64,000 nt of DNA from Spirochaetota bacterium (GTDB lineage: Bacteria; Spirochaetota; UBA4802; UBA5550): the NCBI GenBank assembly GCA_017999915.1, contig JAGNKX010000007.1, positions 64,488 through 128,487 on the forward strand, given 5' to 3'. Position 1 is the first letter of the stretch. Each line of letters starts with the position of its first letter. Under the pieces are notes generated by a model that ran no database searches, was not told where the DNA came from, and worked only from the letters and a program-made list of their open reading frames with translations. A program made the translations under genes and the position numbers. This document shows positions 28,784 to 37,294 of this stretch, in pieces.

Positions 28784-30922
28784 CTACGCGTATCCGGATA
28801 CCAGCACCACGGTGGACATCTTCCTCACAAGGTAGCGGTTCCCATCAAGAAACGGCTCCTTTCCCGCGTCGAAAATGTCGAAGGGCGGATCATTGGCGGT
28901 GTCTATCGCCACCTTCCACCTGCCGCCCGATGGCGCCGGCGGGACCTCGAATTTCCGGTTGACCCTTCCGCTGTGGAATATCATGTAGATGTCGCTGTCG
29001 GCCCTCCCTTCAGTCGTTTCCGCGTATTCCCCGCAGATGAGCATGGCGATGGAGCGGCTGTCGACGCCCCAGTCCGGCTCATTGACGCGGAACCCGTGCC
29101 AGCTTATGTCCGGGTGGGACCTGCCGCCGGTGGCTTCGCCGGAGAAGAAGCTCCCTTTCCTGAGGAGTGGGTGCTCCTTCCTGAACCGAATCATTTCCCT
29201 CGTGAATCGAAGGAGGTCACGGTTGAGCTCCATCAGGTCCCAGTCGACCCAGGAGATATCGTTGTCCTGGCAGTAGGCGTTGTTGTTTCCCTTCTGGGTC
29301 CTCCTGAATTCGTCGCCCCCCAGCATCATCGGGATTCCCTGCGACAGAAAAAGGGTGGACAGGTAGTTCCGGATCATGCGGGAGCGCATCCTGGTTATGA
29401 GCTTTGTCGCGTCCGGTCCCTCCACGCCCAGGTTGCAGCTCAGGTTGTGGTTCTCTCCGTCGGCGTTCTCCTCGCCGTTTTCGGCGTTATGCTTCTTCCG
29501 GTAGCTCACCAGGTCGTTCAAGGAGAAACCGTCATGGCAGGTGACGAAGTTGATGCTCTGCAGGGGGCCCTTCACCGAGGAGCCGTACAGGTCCGAGCTG
29601 CCGGTGACGCGGGTGGCGAAATAGCCGACCACGTTCCTGTCGCCGCGCCAGAACCTCCGGATGTCGTCGCGGTACTTGCCGTTCCATTCGGCCCACCGCC
29701 CGGGGAATTCCCCCACCTGGTAGGCGCCGGCGGCGTCCCAGGCCTCCGCGATGATCTTGGTGTTCCGCAGTATGGGGTCTTCGCCGATGACCTCTATCAG
29801 GGGCGGATTGCTCATGATGCTGCCGCTCTGGTCCCTCCCCAGGATCGACGCCAGGTCGAAGCGGAAGCCGTCGACGTTCATGTCGATGACCCAGTAGCGG
29901 AGGACCTCGAGGATGAATTCCCGCACCAGGGGATTGTTGCAGTTGAAGGTGTTGCCGCACCCGGAGAAGTTGGTATAGAACCGGGGGTCCTTATCGAGTA
30001 TGTAATAGATCGAATTGTCTATGCCCCGGAACGAGATGGTCGGCCCGGTCTCGTCCCCCTCGGCTGTATGGTTGAAGACCACGTCGAGGATCACCTCTAT
30101 CCCCGCGCCGTGAAAGGCGTGGACCAGGTCCCTGAATTCGGCCACCTGTTCGCCCATGGCGCCGGAGGAGGAGTAGGAGCCCTTGGGCGCGAAAAAGGCC
30201 ATGGTGTTGTAGCCCCAGAAGTTCTTGAGCCTCTTCCCGGTGAAGGGATTGATGTTCGTGTTGTCGTCCTCGTCGAACTCCTGGACCGGCATCAGCTCCA
30301 CGGCGTTGATGCCCAGCTCTTTCAGGTAGGGGATCTTTTCCATGAGGCCCCGGTAGGTGCCGGGACTGCCCACACCGGAGGATCCGTGGCAGGTAAATCC
30401 CTTCACGTGGAGCTCGTAGATGATATAGTCGCGCTCCGGTATGCGCAGCGGCATGCCGTGGAGGATCCGGGGCCTGTCCAGGGCTATGCACCGGGGCATG
30501 AAGGGTTTGCTGTCGGCGGATGAGAATGAAAGGTCCAGGTCGGGAGAGCCGGCATTGTAGCCCTGGGCCATGGTGAGGTCCCACCGGCGCGTCCCGGTTA
30601 TGGCCCTGGCGCAGGGATCCAGGAGCAGCTTGTTCTTGTTGAAGCGGTGCCCCTTGTCCGGCTCGTAGGGGCCGTCGATGATGTAGCCGTAGATCTGCCG
30701 TTCCGGCAGGCCCTCTATCAGGATGTGCCATATGTCCCCGGTCCGGTGGAGATCCGGGTCAAGCGGCACCTCGATATAGGGAGAATCCGCTTTATCGGAT
30801 TCAAAGAGGAGAAGGGTCACCGTCGAGCAGTGCCTGCTGAAGATCGAAAACTGTATGCCGTCTTTCGTGACATGGGCCCCCAGGGGAAGGGGGGACCCGG
30901 GCATCGTTTTCAGGTTGCCCAT
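28784..30922 (-). CDS. glgX: glycogen debranching enzyme (isoamylase, GH13)
   Basis: GINAVELMPV, EVILDVVFNHT, GFRFDLAS, AEAWD, NFVTCHDGFSLNDLVSY. Confidence 0.9.
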   Translation of the reverse strand: MGNLKTMPGSPLPLGAHVTKDGIQFSIFSRHCSTVTLLLFESDKADSPYIEVPLDPDLHRTGDIWHILIEGLPERQIYGYIIDGPYEPDKGHRFNKNKLLLDPCARAITGTRRWDLTMAQGYNAGSPDLDLSFSSADSKPFMPRCIALDRPRILHGMPLRIPERDYIIYELHVKGFTCHGSSGVGSPGTYRGLMEKIPYLKELGINAVELMPVQEFDEDDNTNINPFTGKRLKNFWGYNTMAFFAPKGSYSSSGAMGEQVAEFRDLVHAFHGAGIEVILDVVFNHTAEGDETGPTISFRGIDNSIYYILDKDPRFYTNFSGCGNTFNCNNPLVREFILEVLRYWVIDMNVDGFRFDLASILGRDQSGSIMSNPPLIEVIGEDPILRNTKIIAEAWDAAGAYQVGEFPGRWAEWNGKYRDDIRRFWRGDRNVVGYFATRVTGSSDLYGSSVKGPLQSINFVTCHDGFSLNDLVSYRKKHNAENGEENADGENHNLSCNLGVEGPDATKLITRMRSRMIRNYLSTLFLSQGIPMMLGGDEFRRTQKGNNNAYCQDNDISWVDWDLMELNRDLLRFTREMIRFRKEHPLLRKGSFFSGEATGGRSHPDISWHGFRVNEPDWGVDSRSIAMLICGEYAETTEGRADSDIYMIFHSGRVNRKFEVPPAPSGGRWKVAIDTANDPPFDIFDAGKEPFLDGNRYLVRKMSTVVLVSGYA

Positions 30923-30935
30923 GGCGCCATCCTGT

Positions 30936-31301
30936 TTATTTCACCTCGGCCGTCAGCATCAGCTTGATCGTGTTCTGCTCCGGGTCGTTGGTGTATACCA
31001 TGACTGACTTGGTCAGTTTTCCGGAATGGTTTCCGGTTTTAAGCGTTATTTCTATTTCTCCGCTGCCTCCGGCAGGGATGTCCTTCTTGGAAAGAAGGAC
31101 GCCGGTGCAGCCTCATCCGGCCGAGATCTTGTCTATCACCAATGTGCCGTCACCGGCGTTCTTGAACGCGAAAACGTGTTTGACTTCGATGTTCTGCTCC
31201 TGCCTGCCGAAGTTGTGTTCGGTTTTCTCGAATTGGATCCTGGGCTTTCCGTTGCAGTACAGGACCGCCGGCAATAGCAGCAATATAAGGAATTTCTTCA
31301 T
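30936..31301 (-). CDS. DUF1573-family secreted protein with in-frame TGA at the conserved Cys position (candidate selenoprotein, 121 codons)
   Basis: Hand translation: MKKFLILLLLPAVLYCNGKPRIQFEKTEHNFGRQEQNIEVKHVFAFKNAGDGTLVIDKISAG-[TGA 31113-31115]-GCTGVLLSKKDIPAGGSGEIEITLKTGNHSGKLTKSVMVYTNDPEQNTIKLMLTAEVK-TAA. The frame continues for 58 codons with family-like sequence. AAGGAGG lies 8 nt upstream of the ATG. Confidence 0.6.
31062..31111 (-). promoter_or_regulatory. SECIS-like stem-loop immediately 3' of the in-frame UGA
   Basis: RNA: GCUGC-A-CCGGC-GUCCUUCUU-ucc-AAGAAGGAC-aucccu-GCCGG-a-GCAGC. The 9-bp apical stem starts 13 nt after UGA, and outer helices extend it to the codon. Confidence 0.4.
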
Positions 31302-31431
31302 TGAATAGGGCCTCCTTGATGTGCATAATTAGGATGGGCGATGATTTTAATATGGCAAGCATTTTTTTAGATGGTTCAGATATGCCCCTGGATCCCCCAG
31401 GGACCGCATCAGTGCTGTGGGATCTTTTATA

Positions 31432-31628
31432 CCCTCATCCCCCGGCCCCTTCTCCCATTAAGAATTGAAGAAAGGAGAAGGGGAGGCAGATGTAGGCCGT
31501 TATTACAGAAACCCTCTCCTTTTTTCCGAGCTTAATGGGAGAGGCTCCCGACAGGAGGTCGCAGTGCCGAGCGTGGCCAGGAAGGCCAAAAAGCGCTCGG
31601 CGTGCGCGGAGAGCGGGTGAGGGGCCGG
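31432..31628. repeat. GC-rich MITE/REP-like element, copy A
   Basis: Bounded by ccctcatcccccggcccc ... gggtgaggggccgg. The internal ctcccattaagaattgaagaaaggaga recurs inverted at 39898-39934. Confidence 0.7.
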
Positions 31629-31732
31629 ATTTTTTAATTTTTTTCGCAAAAACTATTAAGTATTTTCGCCTCCCTTCCGATCATAGTAATGATTATTATT
31701 GATACACTCCTATCATAAAATTTACCAGGTTG

Positions 31733-31776
31733 AAGGCTTTTGCAGCTCGCACTCCTGCAAAAGCCTTTTATTTTCT
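31733..31776 (+). terminator. orphan intrinsic-terminator-like hairpin with no upstream plus-strand gene
   Basis: aaggcttttgcag (31733-31745) pairs with ctgcaaaagcctt (31755-31767), followed by ttattttct. Confidence 0.45.
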
Positions 31777-31920
31777 CTACACCTTCCGGCCTATAATACA
31801 ATTTTGTTTAATAATATTTTATTACCTATATTACGATAATGTAAATGTGTGTTGATGTTTGAAACATTGATACAATTATGCGTTGATAGTAATCTTGGCC
31901 GCGTGAAGTTTACACTTGGT

Positions 31921-31995
31921 TCTCGCAGAGCCGCAGGGGCGCAGAGAAAAATGGGAAAACAATATTAATCTCTGCGTCTCAGCGCCTCTGCGAGA
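31921..31995. repeat. long imperfect palindrome about 80 nt upstream of tsaC
   Basis: tctcgcagag (31921-30) pairs with ctctgcgaga (31986-95). The inner gcgcagaga pairs with tctctgcg. Confidence 0.6.
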
Positions 31996-32075
31996 GATCA
32001 TTCAAGAATTGTTGTGGCCAATACCGGATAGAAAAAAAAGTAAATTTACAATAATATTAGGAAGGAGTTTCTCCC

Positions 32076-32717
32076 ATGTGCTCAACGGGAGTCCTTGAAA
32101 GAACAGGCAGCATGATATTCGTCATAAATGAACAAAACCCCCAGAAACGGCTCATAGACAAGGCCGTTGAGGTGTTGAGGGAGGGGGGCGTTATCGTGTA
32201 CCCGACCGACACCGTGTACGCCTACGGGTGCGACATCACCGACAAGCGCGCCATCGAGAAGATCTACTGGATCAAGCACATAGGCCGCAACAAGCCACTC
32301 AGCTTCATCTTCAGCGATATTTCCGAGATCAGCGCCTATGCCCGCAATATATCGGACCGGGCCTTCAAGATAATGAAAAAGGCCTTCCCGGGCCCCTATA
32401 CGCTCATATTCAACGCCACGAAGCTGGTGCCGAAGGTGGCCATTACCAACCAGAAGACCATCGGCGTGCGCATACCGGACAACAACATAGCCCTTGATCT
32501 GGTGCGCACCCTGGGGCGGCCCATAATGTCCGCCAGCGTCAGCACCTCCACCGGCGAGTATATCGTGGACCCGAAGGACCTTGAGAAGATATACCGGAAC
32601 GAGGTGGACCTGGTCATCGACGCCGGTCCCAAGGTCTCCGAGCTGTCGACCGTCATTGACCTGACCGATGGAAATCCGGTCGTGCTGCGTGAAGGGAAGG
32701 GGGAATTATTTTTTTAA
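32076..32717 (+). CDS. tsaC: L-threonylcarbamoyladenylate synthase (YrdC/TsaC family, no Sua5 C-domain)
   Basis: VIVYPTDTVYAYGCD, KPLSFIF, GPYTLIF, IGVRIPDN, SAS. GGAAGGAG SD lies before ATG 32076. Confidence 0.8.
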   Translation: MCSTGVLERTGSMIFVINEQNPQKRLIDKAVEVLREGGVIVYPTDTVYAYGCDITDKRAIEKIYWIKHIGRNKPLSFIFSDISEISAYARNISDRAFKIMKKAFPGPYTLIFNATKLVPKVAITNQKTIGVRIPDNNIALDLVRTLGRPIMSASVSTSTGEYIVDPKDLEKIYRNEVDLVIDAGPKVSELSTVIDLTDGNPVVLREGKGELFF

Positions 32718-32757
32718 GTGGACAACGGGGGGTTCTGGTTTACTAAAGGTAAATTAT

Positions 32758-32866
32758 TAGACTTGTTGCATAACTTGTTTTTATCGGGGTCAAGGGGCGA
32801 AGCCCCTTAAAAAGCCCCCGCAGGGGCCGCCTGCGAGTGCGAGACGCCAGTTTCGCAACAAGTCTA
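32758..32866. repeat. small element with 12-bp perfect terminal inverted repeats
   Basis: tagacttgttgc (32758-69) pairs with gcaacaagtcta (32855-66), with internal GC hairpins. The end motif tgcaacaagtct recurs at 38477-38488. Confidence 0.6.
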
Positions 32867-32888
32867 TTATTATTTTTGAGGTATTATT

Positions 32889-33212
32889 ATGGAAGGTTTA
32901 CGTGATTTTTTAAAGGTTGTGATTGCCATCGCCATATTCCTGGGCCTGGGCGCCATCGTATCATTCATATACTATAACATCAGGAAAAGGGACCTCTTCG
33001 GAGGATATATCGGAGGCCTGGTGGTCGGATTCATCGGCGCCATCATCGGCGGTTATATCCTTGATTACCTCTTTTACAACATCTCGGTGATGGTCCTCGA
33101 GTTCCTTTCGCGGGGCATCGGGGTCAATGTCATCGCCGGCTTCATCGGCGCCTACGCCGCATTGTATATCATGAACCGGCTGAACCACAACCGGGAGCGG
33201 AAGAAATTTTGA
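32889..33212 (+). CDS. small Gly-zipper membrane protein (GlsB/YeaQ/YmgE-like)
   Basis: Three TM segments with GGYIGGLVVGFIGAIIGGYILD. Confidence 0.5.
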   Translation: MEGLRDFLKVVIAIAIFLGLGAIVSFIYYNIRKRDLFGGYIGGLVVGFIGAIIGGYILDYLFYNISVMVLEFLSRGIGVNVIAGFIGAYAALYIMNRLNHNRERKKF

Positions 33213-33258
33213 CTCGGACAGGGGGCCGAAATGCCCATGGTGGTGGAATATAAAAAAA

Positions 33259-33292
33259 AGAGGGCTGTCCTTCAGGGCAGCCCTCTCGTTTT
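33259..33292. terminator. bidirectional terminator between convergent genes
   Basis: An A-run, then gagggctg...cagccctc stem, then cgtttta. It sits between 33212 (+ end) and 33314 (- end). Confidence 0.6.
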
Positions 33293-33313
33293 ATCGCTAT
33301 CGGTTCATCCTGG

Positions 33314-34771
33314 CTATTTCTGGCTCAGTTTCCTTCTCCGGATGTTGATGATAACCACGGCGGCTATCATGATCCCGATCAGGCTGCTGATGGCTGCGAT
33401 GCTGGTCACCTGCCTGTTCTTCAGGAGGTAGGCGGTCAGGGCCGAGCTTCCGGGAACCGGGAAGGTATAGGCGGTGTCGGGATTGCCATACCAGTTCTGG
33501 TATTCCTTTCCGCCTGACTGGTACCACTTCTCGAATTCCGGGTAGGCTTTGAAGATCGAGCCGCCCTCATAAGGCCACATCCACTCGTCCGGCACCAGGA
33601 CCGCCCAGGGGAACTTGTCGGTGTCGAGAACCTTGCCGGTCCACTTGGTGGTCACGAAGGGAAGGTGTACCTGGTTCTTCTTGTCGCTGTTCGCCATGAT
33701 GTACGGATCGTACGGCATCGGGGCGATGTCGGTCCGGGAGACCGGGGTTTCGAAGATTATGTCAAGGGAGTGAACCTTCGCGTTGACAAATGTTTCATTC
33801 TTCTTGCTGTTCCATTTCTAGCCCAGGTCTTTCTTCGGGTCTTCGATCAGGCAATAGTCCTTTCCCAGCACGGAGATGTAGAACTTGTTCTGGTAACCGG
33901 CGCCGGCCGCGAGGACCTTGCTCCTGATGTTGATCTTGCTGATCTTGTTCTGGGGATCGATATACTCCATGATCCCGAATTTCACGACCAGGTCGTTGAA
34001 GTCCGCGTCGCCCTTGTTCGGATACAGGTCTTCGAAGGCGATGGTGTACTCGCTGGACACGGCGGCGATGTATTTCGGATCATCGGGGAACTGGTCCTTG
34101 TCGTCGGCAACGCCGTCTTTATCGGCATCAGCCACAGTGTCGGCCGTTTTCTTCTTCTCGAGATAGATGACACGGGCTATCGTCGCGAGGTCCTGGACCT
34201 TGTCGACCGTGACGGTCTTGGTTTCATATTCCGGGTGCTCTATGACGATATCGATGGCGGCGCAGGTCTGGCTCACCGTGGATTTAAAGGCGGCCTTGCC
34301 GGCGGCGTCCGTGATCGAAGCTGAAACGGCTTCGCCGTTCGTCGAGACGTTGATATTGGCTTTGCCCACCGCCGTGGTCGCGTCAGCCATGATGGTAAGG
34401 TCGAAGTCGAGGTTCTTCACCGTGGAATACTCGAACTTTTCTTCTGAAGTCGTGTCCTTGTTTTCGTCTGCGACTTTTTCCGTCTCCGCTGCCGGCGTGG
34501 TTTCTTCCTTCGCGGTTTCAGTCTTGGTCTCAGTTTTCACTTCGGCCGTGGTTTCTGTTTTCACCTCGGTCCCGGTTTCCTGCGTCGTTTCCGCCGTCGT
34601 GACTTCGGCCGTCGTTTCATCCACGGTCGTTCCGCCTTTCTCTGTCACAGTGGTTGATTCAACATTGGCCGAATCAGTACTGAAAAGGGGAAAGGCCTTT
34701 TTCTTTGAAGTATCGCAGCCGATCATGGTCATTGCGAAAGCCACGATGGCCAGCACAAATAGTTTTTTCAT
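33314..34771 (-). pseudogene. LruC-domain (DUF4842) lipoprotein gene interrupted by one in-frame TAG (33818-33820)
   Basis: The two track ORFs (33818..34771 and 33314..33718) are in the same frame. The 33 codons between them (KWNSKKNETFVNAKVHSLDIIFETPVSRTDIAP) are open. Other features: lipobox MIGC, a T/E-rich linker, the thrombospondin-type-3 motif DADKDGVADDKDQFPDDP and the LruC signature AFEDLYPNKGDADFNDLVV. Confidence 0.6.
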
Positions 34772-35108
34772 TTAAGACCTCCATTGGGTGTTATTAGTTT
34801 TAACTCTTGTGTTCTCATTTATGAGTATATAGTAATTAATACCTTGAAAAATGTCAACTAAAAAACCCACCTATGCGGGCTTTTTTTGAGTATATTGTAT
34901 ACCAAGGCAAAAAAATTTTGATTTGAAATGCACAAAAATATATTAATGTATATATTATTGCATGATAATTGTGTACATAAATAATTATTCATTAAAATTT
35001 TTTTAATTAATTCAAGTCAGGTGTTTTTTTTAGGAAGCTTCCTGGTTCTAACCATAACCAGGACAATGCCCCTCGTGGTGAGAGGGGGTCAGAGCATAGA
35101 TCAACAGG

Positions 35109-36746
35109 CTACACAATCATGGATCTCTTTATATCAATAGAGACATTGTTCAGATACGCGGAAGCCTGTTCAAGGGAGGCAAAGGGTCTCCTTAGAATAA
35201 TATCGGTGGCACCCTTTTTACCGATGCCGGGAATCAGCTCCAGGGCTTTCTGCGGCAGGGTATTGATATTAATTGGAAACGGGAGGGCCATCAGCGATCT
35301 CTCGCGATGGGAAATGATCACGACGTCGTGAAAGCTCATCAGGGGAAGCTCCATCGGGATCTTCAATGTTATGGAATAGCTTGCGATCTGTTTTGCGTAG
35401 GAATATCCGGCCTGTGTTTCAAGGACCTGGCCCTGCCGCAGTATGGTGCCCGGCGGATAGATATTGACCAGCATGGGATGCTCTATTTCGGATCGGATCC
35501 TGTCGCGATAATAGGTGAAGCGGTTCTCGACGCTTTTGGAGGGTGCGTATTTTTTCGCATGGGCCGGCGTGCCGGGGAAGGGAATGACCTGGCGGATGTT
35601 GATCCTCTTCACCAGGAGCCCCCGCTCCAGGATCTCGGACAGAGAGCGGTAGTTTTTCTCAAAGGTTTCCACTGTCTCGCCGTCGAGGCCGTGGAGAAGG
35701 TTAACTCCCGGAAGAAGCGACGGGATGGAGTCAATCCTTGCGCCGCCGATGCCATTGATGATCTCGATGGCGCGAAGGGCCTCCCTGGGAAAGACCTTCA
35801 GGTTGTTCCTGCGAACAACCTCTTCATCGAAGGATTCGATCCCCAGCGCCATGGTGTCCCCCGGCGTGACCGTCGCCGCCAGGTCTTTCAGGATCGATGA
35901 CGATTCATCGGGAAAGGCGGCGATGGTCCCCGGATTGGCGTTGTCGATATTGAGGACTGATATGAGGCCCCTCTCTTTCCTGGCCCGCAGCTCCGACAGG
36001 AGCTCCCCGATCGGCCCGGGCACCGGCCTGGGGAAACCGCCGGTGAAGCCGGCGCAGTCGGACTTGTACTGCAAGATGTCCGCCTGGCGCCCGAGCCTGA
36101 AGCGGGACACGCCGGCCCTGATGAGGGCGTCGATCTCCGCGATGACATCTTCCGGTTCGCGGAATTCCACTCTTTCGAAGAGCCCCTCGGAGCAGAAGGA
36201 GCAGTGGCCCCGGCGGGGACAGCCCCGGGATGTCTCGATCTCGCAGATGATGTCCGGAAAGCGCGGGTGCGCGCGGACCGATCCGGCTCCCAGAACGGCC
36301 CATCGGGCGATCTCCGGGGCGGTGCGCCGCTCGTCCTCTTCTCCGCCGCCGGCGAAATGGCGGGCGTATTTCTCGATGTCATTGCGAACGAGCGTGACAT
36401 TGTCGCCGCCCGGCAGAACATAGCTTATGAGGCCGCCTATGGCGATCCGCTGTCCCGGGTTCCGCTCCGCTATGCGCCGGATCTCGGCGGCGGTGCCGAT
36501 CCTGCTACCCAGGTAGCGGCCGGGGACCACGGCGCCGCCGACGAGAAACACCATGTCGTAGGAGCGTTCGAACCGGTAATCGCCGTTCCGGAGGGAGTCG
36601 ATGGTGAGGCAGTGGATATGGCCCTCGTCGACCCCCGCCTCAGACAGGGCGCCGTAAATATAGCGCGGGTAGGGCGATACGAAGGGAGGGACGCCGAAGC
36701 ATGCCGGCTCGTCCACATAGCAGTCAAGGACGCAGCAGCTCAGCAT
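35109..36746 (-). CDS. radical SAM enzyme with C-terminal helix-hairpin-helix motif
   Basis: ETSRGCPRRGHCSFCSE cluster. The C-terminal LELIPGIGKKGATDIILRRPF is HhH-like. The ATG overlaps the end of the upstream HD gene. Confidence 0.75.
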   Translation of the reverse strand: MLSCCVLDCYVDEPACFGVPPFVSPYPRYIYGALSEAGVDEGHIHCLTIDSLRNGDYRFERSYDMVFLVGGAVVPGRYLGSRIGTAAEIRRIAERNPGQRIAIGGLISYVLPGGDNVTLVRNDIEKYARHFAGGGEEDERRTAPEIARWAVLGAGSVRAHPRFPDIICEIETSRGCPRRGHCSFCSEGLFERVEFREPEDVIAEIDALIRAGVSRFRLGRQADILQYKSDCAGFTGGFPRPVPGPIGELLSELRARKERGLISVLNIDNANPGTIAAFPDESSSILKDLAATVTPGDTMALGIESFDEEVVRRNNLKVFPREALRAIEIINGIGGARIDSIPSLLPGVNLLHGLDGETVETFEKNYRSLSEILERGLLVKRINIRQVIPFPGTPAHAKKYAPSKSVENRFTYYRDRIRSEIEHPMLVNIYPPGTILRQGQVLETQAGYSYAKQIASYSITLKIPMELPLMSFHDVVIISHRERSLMALPFPININTLPQKALELIPGIGKKGATDIILRRPFASLEQASAYLNNVSIDIKRSMIV

Positions 36747-37294
36747 AATGCCGCCACGATCTCCTCGATGTCGCGGGTGAGAAAGCCCTGTATCTTTTTT
36801 TCGACCGCAAGGACGAAGGACTTGTTCTCGGTGATCAGGGTGATGATGTGCTGGTTGATCCCGTAGCGCTTGACCAGGTCGTCGACGCGGTCGTCTATCG
36901 ACACGATGGTGTCATGCATGACACGCTTGTCCGCGTAGAAGACCAGCTCCCGCGCCTCCAGGTCTCCCTTGGGCTTGAAGCCCTCGAACACGACATGGGA
37001 ATCGACGATCTCCGCGATGGCGTCGTAGCCCAGCTCGCGCATGATCTCGCCGCCGATCAGGTCATGGCGCATCTCCTTGGTCTCGATGGTCCTGGTCTTG
37101 GCGATGTCGTGGAGGAGGGCGGCCGTCATTACCAGGCTGTCCTGTATGATGTCCGGGACCCTGAGGTGGGCCACCAGGGCCATGGCGACGTTCATCACCT
37201 GCTCGGAATGGCGCATGATGTTATCCCGCATGCCGTAGCGCCTCATGATCTCGTAGCATTCCTCCAGGGTGGGGACCGGTGCGTGGTTGTTCAT
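36740..37294 (-). CDS. HD-domain metal-dependent phosphohydrolase
   Basis: H...LLHDIAKT ... HD-type His/Asp spacing; 184 aa. Confidence 0.7.
   Translation of the reverse strand: MNNHAPVPTLEECYEIMRRYGMRDNIMRHSEQVMNVAMALVAHLRVPDIIQDSLVMTAALLHDIAKTRTIETKEMRHDLIGGEIMRELGYDAIAEIVDSHVVFEGFKPKGDLEARELVFYADKRVMHDTIVSIDDRVDDLVKRYGINQHIITLITENKSFVLAVEKKIQGFLTRDIEEIVAALC

Noticed and set aside
31113-31115. Global UGA reassignment (code 4 or 25) as the explanation for the in-frame TGA.
   Set aside because: TGA terminates several well-supported genes at their expected ends, for example 638..1384, ppnP and 20727..22280. A site-specific event (Sec), a mutation or an error is more plausible.
33818-33820. 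Pyrrolysine or general TAG reassignment for the in-frame amber codon.
   Set aside because: TAG ends proS, glgX and the DUF1858 gene at the expected positions. No Pyl genes or methylamine methyltransferase context are in the window.
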